A DNA stretch of 64,000 nucleotides from Actinomycetota bacterium (GTDB lineage Bacteria; Actinomycetota; Acidimicrobiia; Acidimicrobiales; Ilumatobacteraceae). Of this stretch, positions 10,035 through 20,056 are shown in pieces (the stretch's first letter is position 1; every line of letters starts with the position of its first letter). Location: the NCBI GenBank assembly GCA_007279905.1, contig QYPH01000010.1, positions 978 through 64,977 on the forward strand, in the 5' to 3' direction. The position numbers and the translations under genes were made by a program. A model generated the notes under the pieces. That model was not told the origin of the DNA, did no database searches, and was given only the letters and a program-made list of their open reading frames with translations.

Positions 10035-11258
10035 ATGAAGCCACACCACGCAACCAGCACTGAAACTCGGTCGGACCCAGTCGCACGACGTGCACCCGCA
10101 AAGCGAACTACTGCCAATACAGCTGCCATCCTCAAGGCACTCACCCAAGAGGCAACGGCAGTTGGGCTTGACGGTATCGCAGCGAGTTCTATTGCGCGTC
10201 GCGCCGGTCTCACAACAGGTGCCATATATAGCCGTTTTGAAAATAACGATGAAATGTTGATCGCTCTCTGGGAAGTAAATATTCGTGAAAGATTCAGTCA
10301 ACACATCGCGGAGACGATCGAATACATCATCGGCCAAGACGAAGGCGGTATTTCACCTGAACTTATTTCACGGATCGAACGACCCCCTGCCGTGTTAGGA
10401 CTTGGGGCCGAATTTTTGGTTGTGGCTCAACGCAATGAAGTAGTCGGCGAAGTCGTGGTACCTCAATTCTCTAAATGGCTCCGCGATGCAGGACTCAACA
10501 AAAATGCAACCCCCATCGAGTGTGCCGGTGCAGCCCTTGGCGCAAGTATTGCAATCGGGTCCATTCTGCGTTCGTTTATTACTTCATCTAATCCCAACAT
10601 GGGGCCTGTATTGCGTGGTCTGCGAAATGCATACAAGGGGGCCCGACCAACAACCTCTTCACTCTCAGTTATCTCCCTACCGCAAATAGCTGCAAACACC
10701 GGAAACGAAGTTCGCGATGCACTGATCAATGCCACGTCCGAAGTCATGTCCAGAACCGGGTTTACTAATGCAACCATTTCGCGTATCGCTCGCAAGTCTG
10801 GGATTACAAGCGGATCAATTTATAACGTGTATGTCGATAAGGAAGAGTTGATGAACGACGCGGTAAGCAACCTCCTTAAGTCAACACAAACTCAAAACCT
10901 GACCGCCAAACAAGACGCGTCAAGTGAGCACCACCCCAACTTCGGTCTTACCGAAAGTTTTCAATTTGGACTTCTGACCGAAAGACGCACGTGGTTGCGG
11001 TTTCGTCAAGAGTGCACGATTGCAACGCGCCATCACCGAACAACACATCGCGAAATGCGCAAGGTGGTGACCGATCTAGACAAACGGATGATCGCCGCAT
11101 TTCCAGAAATTAATCCCGACATCATCAATTTGCTGAGCGCTGGCGAACAAGCGATCGGATACGGATACAGCACGTTGTTTGCATTTTCGGATCAACTTTC
11201 ACGATGCGATTTCAATGCAATTATGTTGCAGATCGCCAAGCAGAACAAACTTGGATAA
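10035..11258 (+). CDS. TetR-family regulator with two tandem TetR modules
   Basis: Two separate TetR HTH signatures: SSIARRAGLTTGAIYSRFENNDEML near the N-terminus and TISRIARKSGITSGSIYNVYVDKEEL near residue 250. Confidence 0.8.
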   Translation: MKPHHATSTETRSDPVARRAPAKRTTANTAAILKALTQEATAVGLDGIAASSIARRAGLTTGAIYSRFENNDEMLIALWEVNIRERFSQHIAETIEYIIGQDEGGISPELISRIERPPAVLGLGAEFLVVAQRNEVVGEVVVPQFSKWLRDAGLNKNATPIECAGAALGASIAIGSILRSFITSSNPNMGPVLRGLRNAYKGARPTTSSLSVISLPQIAANTGNEVRDALINATSEVMSRTGFTNATISRIARKSGITSGSIYNVYVDKEELMNDAVSNLLKSTQTQNLTAKQDASSEHHPNFGLTESFQFGLLTERRTWLRFRQECTIATRHHRTTHREMRKVVTDLDKRMIAAFPEINPDIINLLSAGEQAIGYGYSTLFAFSDQLSRCDFNAIMLQIAKQNKLG

Positions 11259-11276
11259 GAGAAATCTAATTCTCAC

Positions 11277-12857
11277 TCAACTTGGCCGATAGACCCCAAA
11301 CACGTCGCGAAGTGCGTCGCTGACTTCGCCCAGAGTTGCATTGGCCCGCAACGCTGCTTTCATCGGGATCAACACGTTGTCCGCTGACTTTGCTGCAGCG
11401 CGCAAGTCATTTAAACACGCAGCAACAACTGCCATGTCACGACCCGACTTGTACTGTGTCAACCTTGCAACCTGCTCTTTTTCGAGCATTGGGTTTGCAG
11501 GAGTGACCTTTGGTGCTGGCTCGTTGTCGACGGTGAACTTGTTGACGCCCACCAACACGCGTGACTTGTCATCAATCGATTTGGTGTACGAATACGCGGC
11601 GTCTTCAATCTCGTTCATCTGAAAGCCTGCCTCAATCGCTTGTACTGCCCCACCCATTTCGTCAATACGGGCGATGTACTCGTAGGCAAGTCGCTCAACG
11701 TCATTGGTCAGTGATTCAACAAAGTACGAGCCGGCGAGAGGATCTGGTGTGTCGGTGACACCGCTCTCGAACCCGATGATCTGTTGAGTGCGCAAAGCAA
11801 TGCGTGCAGCATCTTCTGTTGGCAAACTTAAGGCCTCATCAAATCCGTTTGTGTGCAAACTCTGCGTGCCACCCAACACTGCCGCCATGCTCTGTATTGC
11901 CACACGCACAACGTTGTTCAGCGGTTGCTGCGCAGTCAATGTCGAGCCGCCTGTTTGGGTGTGAAAGCGCATTAACTTGCTTGCTTCTTTTTTGGCACCA
12001 AAGCGCTTGGTCATGATGTCGTGCCACATGCGACGACTTGCACGAAACTTAGCGACCTCTTCAAAGAAGTTGTTGTGGCCATTCCAAAAGAAACTGAGCC
12101 GTGGCCCAATGTCATCCACGTCGAGTCCCGCATCGACCGCCGCCTGCACGTAGGCGATCGCATTGCTGAGAGTAAATGCAAGTTCTTGCACCGCAGTCGA
12201 GCCAGCTTCACGAATGTGATAACCAGAAATTGAAATCGTGTTCCACTTGGGCACGTTGGCTGCGCAATATTCGAAAATGTTTGTGATCAAGCGCATCGAT
12301 TGCGCTGGTGGATAAATGTATGTGCCGCGCGCGATGTATTCCTTCAAGAGATCGTTTTGAATTGTGCCGCTGATGGCAGTTGCTGGCACACCTCTTTCCT
12401 CGGCAACAAGTTCGTACATCAACAACAAAATTGCGGCCGTCGAGTTGATAGTCATCGACGTCGTGACTTTGTCGAGCGGCAAATCGGCAAGCAGTGTGCG
12501 CATGTCGTCGAGCGAGTCAATGGCCACACCAACTTTGCCCACCTCGCCCGCCGAGCGCGGATGATCGCTGTCGTAACCCATCTGCGTAGGCAAATCGAAT
12601 GCACAACTGAGCCCTGTCTGGCCCGCATCAAGCAAGAACTTAAATCGTTGATTGGTATCGGCTGCGCTACCAAAGCCCGCGTATTGGCGCATTGTCCACA
12701 AGCGATCGCGATGCATCGTTGGGTAAATGCCCCGTGTGTACGGAGGCTCACCCGGTTTACCGATCTGGGCAGTCGAGCCAGCTATCGACTCCGCGGCATA
12801 GAGCGGTTCAATAACGATTCCAGAGTCAGTCTGGTGAGGGGTTGGAGAATCGGTCAC
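11277..12857 (-). CDS. methylmalonyl-CoA mutase-family large subunit (substrate-binding TIM barrel only, no B12-binding domain)
   Basis: Strong acyl-CoA mutase similarity ([45 protein letters not shown]). The protein ends before the cobalamin-binding domain. Confidence 0.9.
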   Translation of the reverse strand: MTDSPTPHQTDSGIVIEPLYAAESIAGSTAQIGKPGEPPYTRGIYPTMHRDRLWTMRQYAGFGSAADTNQRFKFLLDAGQTGLSCAFDLPTQMGYDSDHPRSAGEVGKVGVAIDSLDDMRTLLADLPLDKVTTSMTINSTAAILLLMYELVAEERGVPATAISGTIQNDLLKEYIARGTYIYPPAQSMRLITNIFEYCAANVPKWNTISISGYHIREAGSTAVQELAFTLSNAIAYVQAAVDAGLDVDDIGPRLSFFWNGHNNFFEEVAKFRASRRMWHDIMTKRFGAKKEASKLMRFHTQTGGSTLTAQQPLNNVVRVAIQSMAAVLGGTQSLHTNGFDEALSLPTEDAARIALRTQQIIGFESGVTDTPDPLAGSYFVESLTNDVERLAYEYIARIDEMGGAVQAIEAGFQMNEIEDAAYSYTKSIDDKSRVLVGVNKFTVDNEPAPKVTPANPMLEKEQVARLTQYKSGRDMAVVAACLNDLRAAAKSADNVLIPMKAALRANATLGEVSDALRDVFGVYRPS

Positions 12858-12935
12858 TCGTACAGGCTACGAGATTGGTTGTGGGAGATGCAGATTGGCG
12901 GGCGGGGCTTTGGAGCCCGTGGCTAGCCTTGGCTC

Positions 12936-13760
12936 ATGGCCATCACCGAGAGCACAACGAAAATCGAGAAAGTAATAGACGGCGTCGAACTCACACCGAA
13001 GGTTCTTGCAACACTTGGTCGTCCTGCCTACGACAATGTTGAAGATGAGCGTCGCGCTCGCAAGATTGGCCTAGCAGCGTCACTCCGAGTGTTTGGTCGC
13101 CTCGGCTATGGCGAGGGCGTTGCCGGTCACATCACGGCACGCGACCCAGAATTCACCGATCATTTTTGGGTCAACCCGTTTGGCAAGAGTTTCCGCCACA
13201 TGAAGACAAGTGATTTGATTTTGGTCAATCACGATGGTGATGTTGTGTACGGCAATCAACCTGTCAACAAAGCTGCCTTCGTATTGCACGCAGCCATCCA
13301 TAAGGCTCGCCCCGATGTCATTGGTGCTGCACACGCACACTCCACATATGGCAAGGCTTGGTCGTCACTCGGACGCAAGCTCGATCCGATCACGCAAGAC
13401 TCGTGCATTTTTTATGAAGACCACACAGTGATCTCCGAGCAAGGCGGCGCGGTTGTGTTTGAATCTGCTGCAGCCGAAGAAATCATCTCCAAGTTTCCTA
13501 CGGGCAAGGCTGCGATTCACCAGAACCACGGCTTGTTCACCGTTGGCACCACTGTTGAAGCCGCCGCATTCTGGTTCATCACCATGGACCGCAGTTGTCA
13601 AGCACAGTTGCTTGCCGAGGCAGCGGGCACACCAAAACTGATCCCCCACGACATGGCTCTGTACACACAGCGGCTCACAGGTTTTGCCGATGCAGGTTGG
13701 TTCCAGTTTCAACCGCTGTTTCAAGAGATTTGCGCATCAGATCCCGAACTGTTCGAGTGA
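12936..13760 (+). CDS. class II aldolase/adducin-family protein
   Basis: Typical aldolase-II/adducin N-terminal domain sequence (GVAGHITARDPE..., HAHSTYGKAWS). Confidence 0.8.
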   Translation: MAITESTTKIEKVIDGVELTPKVLATLGRPAYDNVEDERRARKIGLAASLRVFGRLGYGEGVAGHITARDPEFTDHFWVNPFGKSFRHMKTSDLILVNHDGDVVYGNQPVNKAAFVLHAAIHKARPDVIGAAHAHSTYGKAWSSLGRKLDPITQDSCIFYEDHTVISEQGGAVVFESAAAEEIISKFPTGKAAIHQNHGLFTVGTTVEAAAFWFITMDRSCQAQLLAEAAGTPKLIPHDMALYTQRLTGFADAGWFQFQPLFQEICASDPELFE

Positions 13761-14656
13761 GTAAACCAGCACCTCATTCGGCCTCAGCATCGGCGCGCAT
13801 CGGCGCGTTGCCACCCGAATTATTTTTTATCTGCTCGGCAACCGCACAATACATTGGCGCGGTCATCGCGTTCAATTTGTTTGATCAACTCGCACCAGCA
13901 AGCGTGGCATGGCTGCGTGTTATCAGCGCCGCACTGATCTTGCTCGCCTTTTCTGCACGTCGACTTCGCGCCCAAGGCAAATGGACAACGAACGAGTTGG
14001 TTTCGGCAGCCACTTTTGGCATCGCAGTTGCATTCATGAACCTCACGTTTTATCTTGCGATCGATCGTCTCGACCTCGGCAAAGGTGTTGCTATTGAATT
14101 CATCGGCCCTATCTGCGTGGCCGCATTGCAAACAAAATCTCGCCGCAATGCTGGCGCACTCGGGCTTGCCACACTCGGCGTTGTCATCCTGTCAGGCTTC
14201 GAACTTGGCAACGAGCCGCTTGGCCTGCTGTTTATCTTTTTAGCCTCGGCATGTTGGGCGGCTTACATCGTGATTGGTTCGCGTGTTGCCCAACTCAACC
14301 GAGGTGTTTCTGGGCTCGGCGTTGGTCTTGTAATTGGCGCTGTCGTAATCGCTCCATTCGGCGCGCCGCAAAGTGGCCCTGCATGGGGTTCTCCATCAAT
14401 CTTGGGCCTTTGTCTACTGGTCGGCTTGTTTTCCAATGCGCTCGGATACGGAATAGAGCAATCGATCATGCGCAAGATTCCAGTTCGCAGATTTTCCGTG
14501 CTGCTTGCGCTCTTGCCAGTGACAGCCGTGGTCTTTGGATTTTTCTTCCTCAACCAGACACCAACATTCGTCGACCTGATCGGCATTGCATTCGTATTAA
14601 CAGGAGTGATTGTGCAGCAACGGGACACACTGACGCCCACAAGCGAATCCGCCTAA
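13757..14656 (+). CDS. EamA/DMT-family transporter
   Basis: About 10 predicted TM helices with an EamA-like repeat. A GTG start at 13757 overlaps the aldolase stop as GTGA; the ORF portion upstream of that looks non-coding. Confidence 0.8.
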   Translation: MSKPAPHSASASARIGALPPELFFICSATAQYIGAVIAFNLFDQLAPASVAWLRVISAALILLAFSARRLRAQGKWTTNELVSAATFGIAVAFMNLTFYLAIDRLDLGKGVAIEFIGPICVAALQTKSRRNAGALGLATLGVVILSGFELGNEPLGLLFIFLASACWAAYIVIGSRVAQLNRGVSGLGVGLVIGAVVIAPFGAPQSGPAWGSPSILGLCLLVGLFSNALGYGIEQSIMRKIPVRRFSVLLALLPVTAVVFGFFFLNQTPTFVDLIGIAFVLTGVIVQQRDTLTPTSESA

Positions 14657-14725
14657 AACATTGACGTTTACTACCGATCACTTTCGGTAGAATGTAATGC
14701 AAGCGGGCGAGGAGAATCCTTCAGC

Positions 14726-17092
14726 ATGCGCGTACCCCCAAAAACGAAAATGAAAATGAAAAGTGCAGTTGGCATTATTGCCATCAGCCTTTTTGCCACG
14801 ATGCTGCCGATCACTCCAGCGCGCGCCGATGATGGATTGCTCCCGAACGCCATCGTGATTAATGGTCGTGGATACGGCCACGGTCGCGGCATGAGCCAAT
14901 ATGGGGCATATGGCTGGGCCACGGGTGGCTCGACCTGGGATCAGATTCTCAACTTCTATTACGGCGGACCGACCGGCAACACCATTGGCTCACTCGCCGA
15001 CCCAGGTCAAGAAATGACTACGCATCTTTCGGCGATGAACGACAAAGCAACGTCGGTTGTTGCCGACGCCAGCAATGCAATTTTTGTGCAAGATCCGACT
15101 CCTGGTCGTTTGTGGACATCGCTTGTAGCAATCGAAATTTCACAACGTGTGTATCGCGTGTGGGGTTCAATGGAGCGCAAGTGCGCAGGATCTACAGACC
15201 CAGCAACCGAAGGATTTACGCTGATCGCCGATGTACCGACGGTTGCATCGTTCACCACGACCGTCGGATCAGATCCGGCTGCTGCATCGAGTGCTGTAAT
15301 CGGCTTGTGCGAGCAACGCACAAGCAGCAAAAACAAGATCCGCTATTACCGCGGAGAAGTTCGTGCTGTCAACAACTCGAGCGGCGCTAATCGAACCATC
15401 AATGCCACAAGCATTGAAAGTTATTTGCGCGGCGTCGTGCCGCGCGAGTCGCCAGCCGAGTGGGGTAATGCAGCAGGTGGCTTGGGCATGCATGCGTTGC
15501 GCGCGCAAGCAGTTGCTGCTCGCTCATACTCGGCAACCGAAAATAGATACGCAGGATTGGCTCGCACATGCGACTCGCAAGACTGTCAGGTCTATGGCGG
15601 CAGCGCTTTGCGCGAGTCGGTCAATGGCGCAATCGTTGCTCTTGAGCATCCGCTCACCGATCAAGCAATAGCCGAAACTGCTGGTGTCGTGATCGTGCAG
15701 CCAAATGGCAAGCCATCACGCACAGAGTTCACCTCGAGCAACGGCGGTCGCACTGCAGGCGGCACATTCCCAGCCCAAGTTGACCCGGGTGATCTTGCAA
15801 GCGACCCGGTCAACAACTTGTTGGTCTGGACGCGCATTATTTCTGCAGCACAATTAACGGCAAAATATCCTCAGATTGGCACGCTTACCTCTGTTGTCAC
15901 CACACACGACGGCCTTGGTGGAGACTGGAATGGATACGCAACATCAGTTGCTATCAATGGCACTGCATCCACAGTCACAATAAAGGGCTACGACTTCAAG
16001 TCCATCTTCGATCTACCTGCTCCGTGGTTTGAAACTTCCTCTGTCTATGGCGCAGCATTTGATGCTGGCCCTGTTGGCGCGATGTTGTTTATCGGAGACT
16101 CAGTTGGTGAAAGCATTGCTAGCGCTGTGGCTTCGGTTGTCACACCCGCCTATCCCACAATGAACTATCAGGCGCTCAGCAATCGCTGTCTTGTAGGCCC
16201 GAGCTGTGTCGCGGCTGCCTCAGGTGCACCAGATGCTCCCGCAATCATCAACGCTCTCACGCCAGAGCAATACCCAAGCGTCGCGATTATTCAGCTTGGT
16301 TACAACGACGACCCAAACACCTACCAATCCGATGTTGATCAGGTAGTCAATGCACTCAACGCACGGGGTGTGCAGCGGATTGTGTTTATTAATCTCTCCA
16401 CTCGTCGCACATCTCGCAACTATGCGCTCTCCAACGCCGTTTTGGCAAGCGCAACGACAACATATCCAAACGTCTCGGTGCTCGATTGGAACGCGGTATC
16501 GAGTGCGCCAGCGCAAAACCGATGGTTTAGTGATGATGTGCACCTGACGGGCACCGGAAGAAGCGAATTCACCTTGTTTATTCGCAATCAGCTTGATGCA
16601 TTGCGCGTACAAAACCTCATCACCAATGGAGTGGCAACCGTATTGCCTCTTGGTGTGCCGATGGCAAAGGGAGATCGTGGCGAGAACGTCAAGATGTTGC
16701 AAACCGCTCTCAATGCATACTTCAAATTGCCAAAGAAAAAGCGCATCGCTGTCGATGGCGTGCTCGGTAAGGGCACTATTGCTCTCGTCACCACGCTCGA
16801 GACAAACCTTGCCCTACCAATTGATGGCATTGCCGACGAAGCTGTGTTGGCAGTGTTGGGCATCGACCCAGCAACAATCATTCTTTCTCAGGGCACCAAA
16901 CACACGACAGTTGCGACCGCCCAAACTGCCCTCGCGCGCGTGCTCAAAGTCAAGGTGCGCGCAGACGGCATCTACGGCGCAGGCACTACGCGCCTAGTCA
17001 AGCGCTTTCAGAAGAGTGTCGGCATCAAGCAAACAGGCAAGATCAATCGCCTGACTTGGCAGGCGCTCCTCAGCGCTTCAATGCAGAAGTAA
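14726..17092 (+). CDS. exported SpoIID/LytB-domain protein fused to an SGNH hydrolase domain and two peptidoglycan-binding domains
   Basis: Signal peptide. SpoIID motifs: GRGYGHGRGMSQYGA, LRAQAVAARSY, FTSSNGGRT. SGNH blocks: FIGDSVGES, QLGYNDD, DDVHLT. Two PG_binding_1-like repeats: GDRGENVKMLQTALN...VDGVLGKGT and ADGIYGAGTTRLVKRFQ. Confidence 0.85.
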   Translation: MRVPPKTKMKMKSAVGIIAISLFATMLPITPARADDGLLPNAIVINGRGYGHGRGMSQYGAYGWATGGSTWDQILNFYYGGPTGNTIGSLADPGQEMTTHLSAMNDKATSVVADASNAIFVQDPTPGRLWTSLVAIEISQRVYRVWGSMERKCAGSTDPATEGFTLIADVPTVASFTTTVGSDPAAASSAVIGLCEQRTSSKNKIRYYRGEVRAVNNSSGANRTINATSIESYLRGVVPRESPAEWGNAAGGLGMHALRAQAVAARSYSATENRYAGLARTCDSQDCQVYGGSALRESVNGAIVALEHPLTDQAIAETAGVVIVQPNGKPSRTEFTSSNGGRTAGGTFPAQVDPGDLASDPVNNLLVWTRIISAAQLTAKYPQIGTLTSVVTTHDGLGGDWNGYATSVAINGTASTVTIKGYDFKSIFDLPAPWFETSSVYGAAFDAGPVGAMLFIGDSVGESIASAVASVVTPAYPTMNYQALSNRCLVGPSCVAAASGAPDAPAIINALTPEQYPSVAIIQLGYNDDPNTYQSDVDQVVNALNARGVQRIVFINLSTRRTSRNYALSNAVLASATTTYPNVSVLDWNAVSSAPAQNRWFSDDVHLTGTGRSEFTLFIRNQLDALRVQNLITNGVATVLPLGVPMAKGDRGENVKMLQTALNAYFKLPKKKRIAVDGVLGKGTIALVTTLETNLALPIDGIADEAVLAVLGIDPATIILSQGTKHTTVATAQTALARVLKVKVRADGIYGAGTTRLVKRFQKSVGIKQTGKINRLTWQALLSASMQK

Positions 17093-18872
17093 AACGCTCT
17101 TCCCACGCTTCGTTGCTGACCATCATCGGATAAGCAGCACGATATTCGCGCTTCAGTCGCTTATACGACGTAGCGATAGCAAAGATTGACTTGACCACTT
17201 CGCGCAACAGTTTGAAAAATCTTTTCGTGTCGCGCTCAACGGTGTAGCCGTCGGCAATTCGGTCGTGGCGATACAAGATTCGATTGCGCAGTGTGGCAAC
17301 ACCAACTGCACGAGCATCAATTGGGCCAACGCCATACTTTTTGAGGCGCAGAGGTTTTGGAATGATGTAACCACCCACCAGTACTACCGCAAACAAAAAT
17401 CCAAATGCGCGCAACGCCTTGTGACGTGGTTGGCGCGGCGTGATTGCCGCCAACTCGGCCGACAGAGGTGCTGGCTTTTCTTCAGCACACACGCGCAATT
17501 CGTCGTGCAGTGCAGCGTGATCAATCTTCATCCATTCGCCCGGACCAGCCAAGTACGCGTTGAGTCCACGCAACATGTATTCGGTTGATGCATAGCGCAT
17601 CGAAAAGAGGTTGCGGAATCCAAATGACGAAAATCGATACGCCAAATTCCACCACGTGTGCTTGTCAAACACCAGCGTGTCGACAAGAGCCAAGTTGCGC
17701 GACTCATAAAACAACGACGACGGATTGTTTTTCAACCCAAAGTCGGCGTGCCACACGATCACACCGTTGAGTGTGATTGAGTGCTTTCCCGTATGCATGA
17801 GACCAAACGCAACGTCGTCGCCGCGCACAAACACGGGCAGGGGGTTTTCGTTGGTGATGGTGATTGGAAACGCGGTGTACCACCAGGCCGTGTAGTCAAA
17901 CGGCACTTCTGGCGCATCTTGCAACGCCACAGTGCGATCACGCATATCGTCTTCGCGACCGAGGGCTTGCAATGGATAAATAGAGCGCCATGAATACTGC
18001 GAGCCGGCTTCAAACTGCAACCACGGCCGCTCTTCAGAAAGCATGGCTCCATGAACACACAGCCGAGCGTCTTTGGCATAGGCAAACAGCGACATCGTGC
18101 GCACAATCGCTTCAGGCTCGAGCGTGATGTCGTCGTCCATGAACAACACGTGTGTTGCCCAACCAACCTTACGAAGTTCGATCAGGCCGCGAGCAAAACC
18201 GCCGGCTCCACCCAAGTTGCCATTTGGCAAGACCGTCAGAGTTCCATCAATAGTCGCGTCTGCAGCCGCATCAAACGTCACATTCTGCGCGTTATCCACG
18301 ACGAGCACTCGAACTTTTCCATTGAGAGCATCCGAGTTGCGCACCAAATCAAGCACGTTGTGCACGGTCTTGCGCACATACTCTTGGCGATTAAATGTGG
18401 TGATCGACAACGACATGCGCACTTCATGTCGGGGAGCATCGATTGTGACCCACTCTCCGCCCGTCATGCACACTTCGCCATCAATGGCCCTCACACGCAC
18501 AAAATAGGTGCCGTGGGTCGACGTCTGTAGATCTGGCACGCTGAGCGTCACACTCGATGGCGAACCTTCTCCGCGCGGCAATTGTGCCGTTGCCACAACC
18601 GACTCTTTCTTGCCATCTACCACTACAACTTCGACAACACCCTCGCCAGAGGCGCGCACGCTGACACTCAAGAGGTTGACGTGACTCACTCGGCGCCAAC
18701 GGCCGGCGGCAAACACACCAAACGTTGTATCGAAGCTGAGTGTGCCACCTGCTTCGAGCACTGCGCCGTTGTCGACCATCCGCACATCACCGCTCGTGCG
18801 CGCATACAACTGTGGCTCTGGCGTTGACGACGTCGGCAACACAAGACGCTGCAACAAGTTTGCTGTTTGCAT
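17070..18872 (-). CDS. GT2 glycosyltransferase, GlfT2-like galactofuranosyltransferase
   Basis: GT-A core with VLFMDDDITLEP. The roughly 600-aa size and multi-domain layout resemble mycobacterial GlfT2. Its start overlaps the glf stop (TGATG). Confidence 0.7.
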   Translation of the reverse strand: MQTANLLQRLVLPTSSTPEPQLYARTSGDVRMVDNGAVLEAGGTLSFDTTFGVFAAGRWRRVSHVNLLSVSVRASGEGVVEVVVVDGKKESVVATAQLPRGEGSPSSVTLSVPDLQTSTHGTYFVRVRAIDGEVCMTGGEWVTIDAPRHEVRMSLSITTFNRQEYVRKTVHNVLDLVRNSDALNGKVRVLVVDNAQNVTFDAAADATIDGTLTVLPNGNLGGAGGFARGLIELRKVGWATHVLFMDDDITLEPEAIVRTMSLFAYAKDARLCVHGAMLSEERPWLQFEAGSQYSWRSIYPLQALGREDDMRDRTVALQDAPEVPFDYTAWWYTAFPITITNENPLPVFVRGDDVAFGLMHTGKHSITLNGVIVWHADFGLKNNPSSLFYESRNLALVDTLVFDKHTWWNLAYRFSSFGFRNLFSMRYASTEYMLRGLNAYLAGPGEWMKIDHAALHDELRVCAEEKPAPLSAELAAITPRQPRHKALRAFGFLFAVVLVGGYIIPKPLRLKKYGVGPIDARAVGVATLRNRILYRHDRIADGYTVERDTKRFFKLLREVVKSIFAIATSYKRLKREYRAAYPMMVSNEAWEERFTSALKR

Positions 18873-20038
18873 CAGTGCTTCGCCCCGCCCAATGGGTCGG
18901 TAAAAAATGGCGGGATATCGATGCCGTCGTCGAGTGCCTGCAACATTGCCGTCGCTGCAGCCAATGCTTCGTGAATAGTGACGTCCATGTCGAGATAACG
19001 ATAGGTGCCGAGCCGACCCAAGAAAGTGACACCCCGTTGAGCGCGTGCTTGGCGCACATAGTTGACCAGTTGATCGGTCTCTTTCACCAACCGAATCGGA
19101 TAATACGGAGTGTCATTGTCGCCACAGAGTCGCGAAAACTCGGTGTAGGTCACAGTGCTGTCATGGCTTTCCCACGGCGCAAAATGTTTGTGTTCGGTAA
19201 TGCGCGTGTACGGCACTTGCTCGTCGCAATAATTTAATACTGGACAACCCTGAAAATCTCCTGCAGTCACGTGTTGCTCGAAATCGAGTGTGCGATACGC
19301 GAGTCGTCCGTGTTCAAAACCAAAATATGCATCAATCGGGCCAGTCCATACCACGTGGTCGAAGCCGCTCGACTGTGCTCGTTCGAAACGCGTCGACAAA
19401 TGCACTTCTATGTTCGGGTGATCAAGAATTGCCTGCACGATCGGGGTGTATCCATGCTCGGGTATTCCCTGATGCGGATGATTGAAGTATGAGTCATCGG
19501 CGGTAAATCGAAGAGGTAGCCGTGCCAAGATGCTCGCGGGTAACTCAGTTGGGTCTACACCCCACTGCTTTTTGGTGTAGCCCGCAAAAAATGCGTCGTA
19601 CAGTTCGCGACCCACAAACCGCAATCCTTGATCTTCAAACGAAACAGGATCGGTGATTGTTGAATCAGCTTTTGTCGCAATAAAGGCTTCGGCTTCGGCT
19701 GGCGAAAAATCGGTGCCAAAAAATTCATTGATCAATGTCAGATTCATTGGCATCTGAAATGCTCTCTCGCCCACCATCGCTCGCACCCTGTGGCGATACG
19801 GCATCATCACCCCAAAGCGATTGATGAACTGCCACACATGTTCGTGCTGTGTATGAAAAATGTGAGGTCCGTAGGTGTGCACCATGACGCCCGTATCGTG
19901 GCGCTCGGTATGACAGTTGCCTGCCACGTGATCGCGGGTGTCAAAAACCGATGCGCTGTGGCCTGCCTCGGCTAGTTGTCTGGCCACCACAGCACCTGAA
20001 AAGCCTGCGCCAACGATGGCAAACGATCGCGCTAGCAC
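18872..20038 (-). CDS. glf: UDP-galactopyranose mutase
   Basis: FAD-binding N-terminus FAIVGAGFSGAVVARQLAE with typical UGM sequence throughout (HTYGPHIFHT, YTKKQWG). Confidence 0.95.
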   Translation of the reverse strand: MLARSFAIVGAGFSGAVVARQLAEAGHSASVFDTRDHVAGNCHTERHDTGVMVHTYGPHIFHTQHEHVWQFINRFGVMMPYRHRVRAMVGERAFQMPMNLTLINEFFGTDFSPAEAEAFIATKADSTITDPVSFEDQGLRFVGRELYDAFFAGYTKKQWGVDPTELPASILARLPLRFTADDSYFNHPHQGIPEHGYTPIVQAILDHPNIEVHLSTRFERAQSSGFDHVVWTGPIDAYFGFEHGRLAYRTLDFEQHVTAGDFQGCPVLNYCDEQVPYTRITEHKHFAPWESHDSTVTYTEFSRLCGDNDTPYYPIRLVKETDQLVNYVRQARAQRGVTFLGRLGTYRYLDMDVTIHEALAAATAMLQALDDGIDIPPFFTDPLGGAKH

Positions 20039-20056
20039 GCCTTAAATACTACGCAA

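Noticed and set aside
14671-14922. Minus-strand 83-aa and 73-aa ORFs overlapping the start of the SpoIID gene.
   Set aside because: They are antisense to the signal-peptide region of a strongly supported gene, and I recognise no motif in them.
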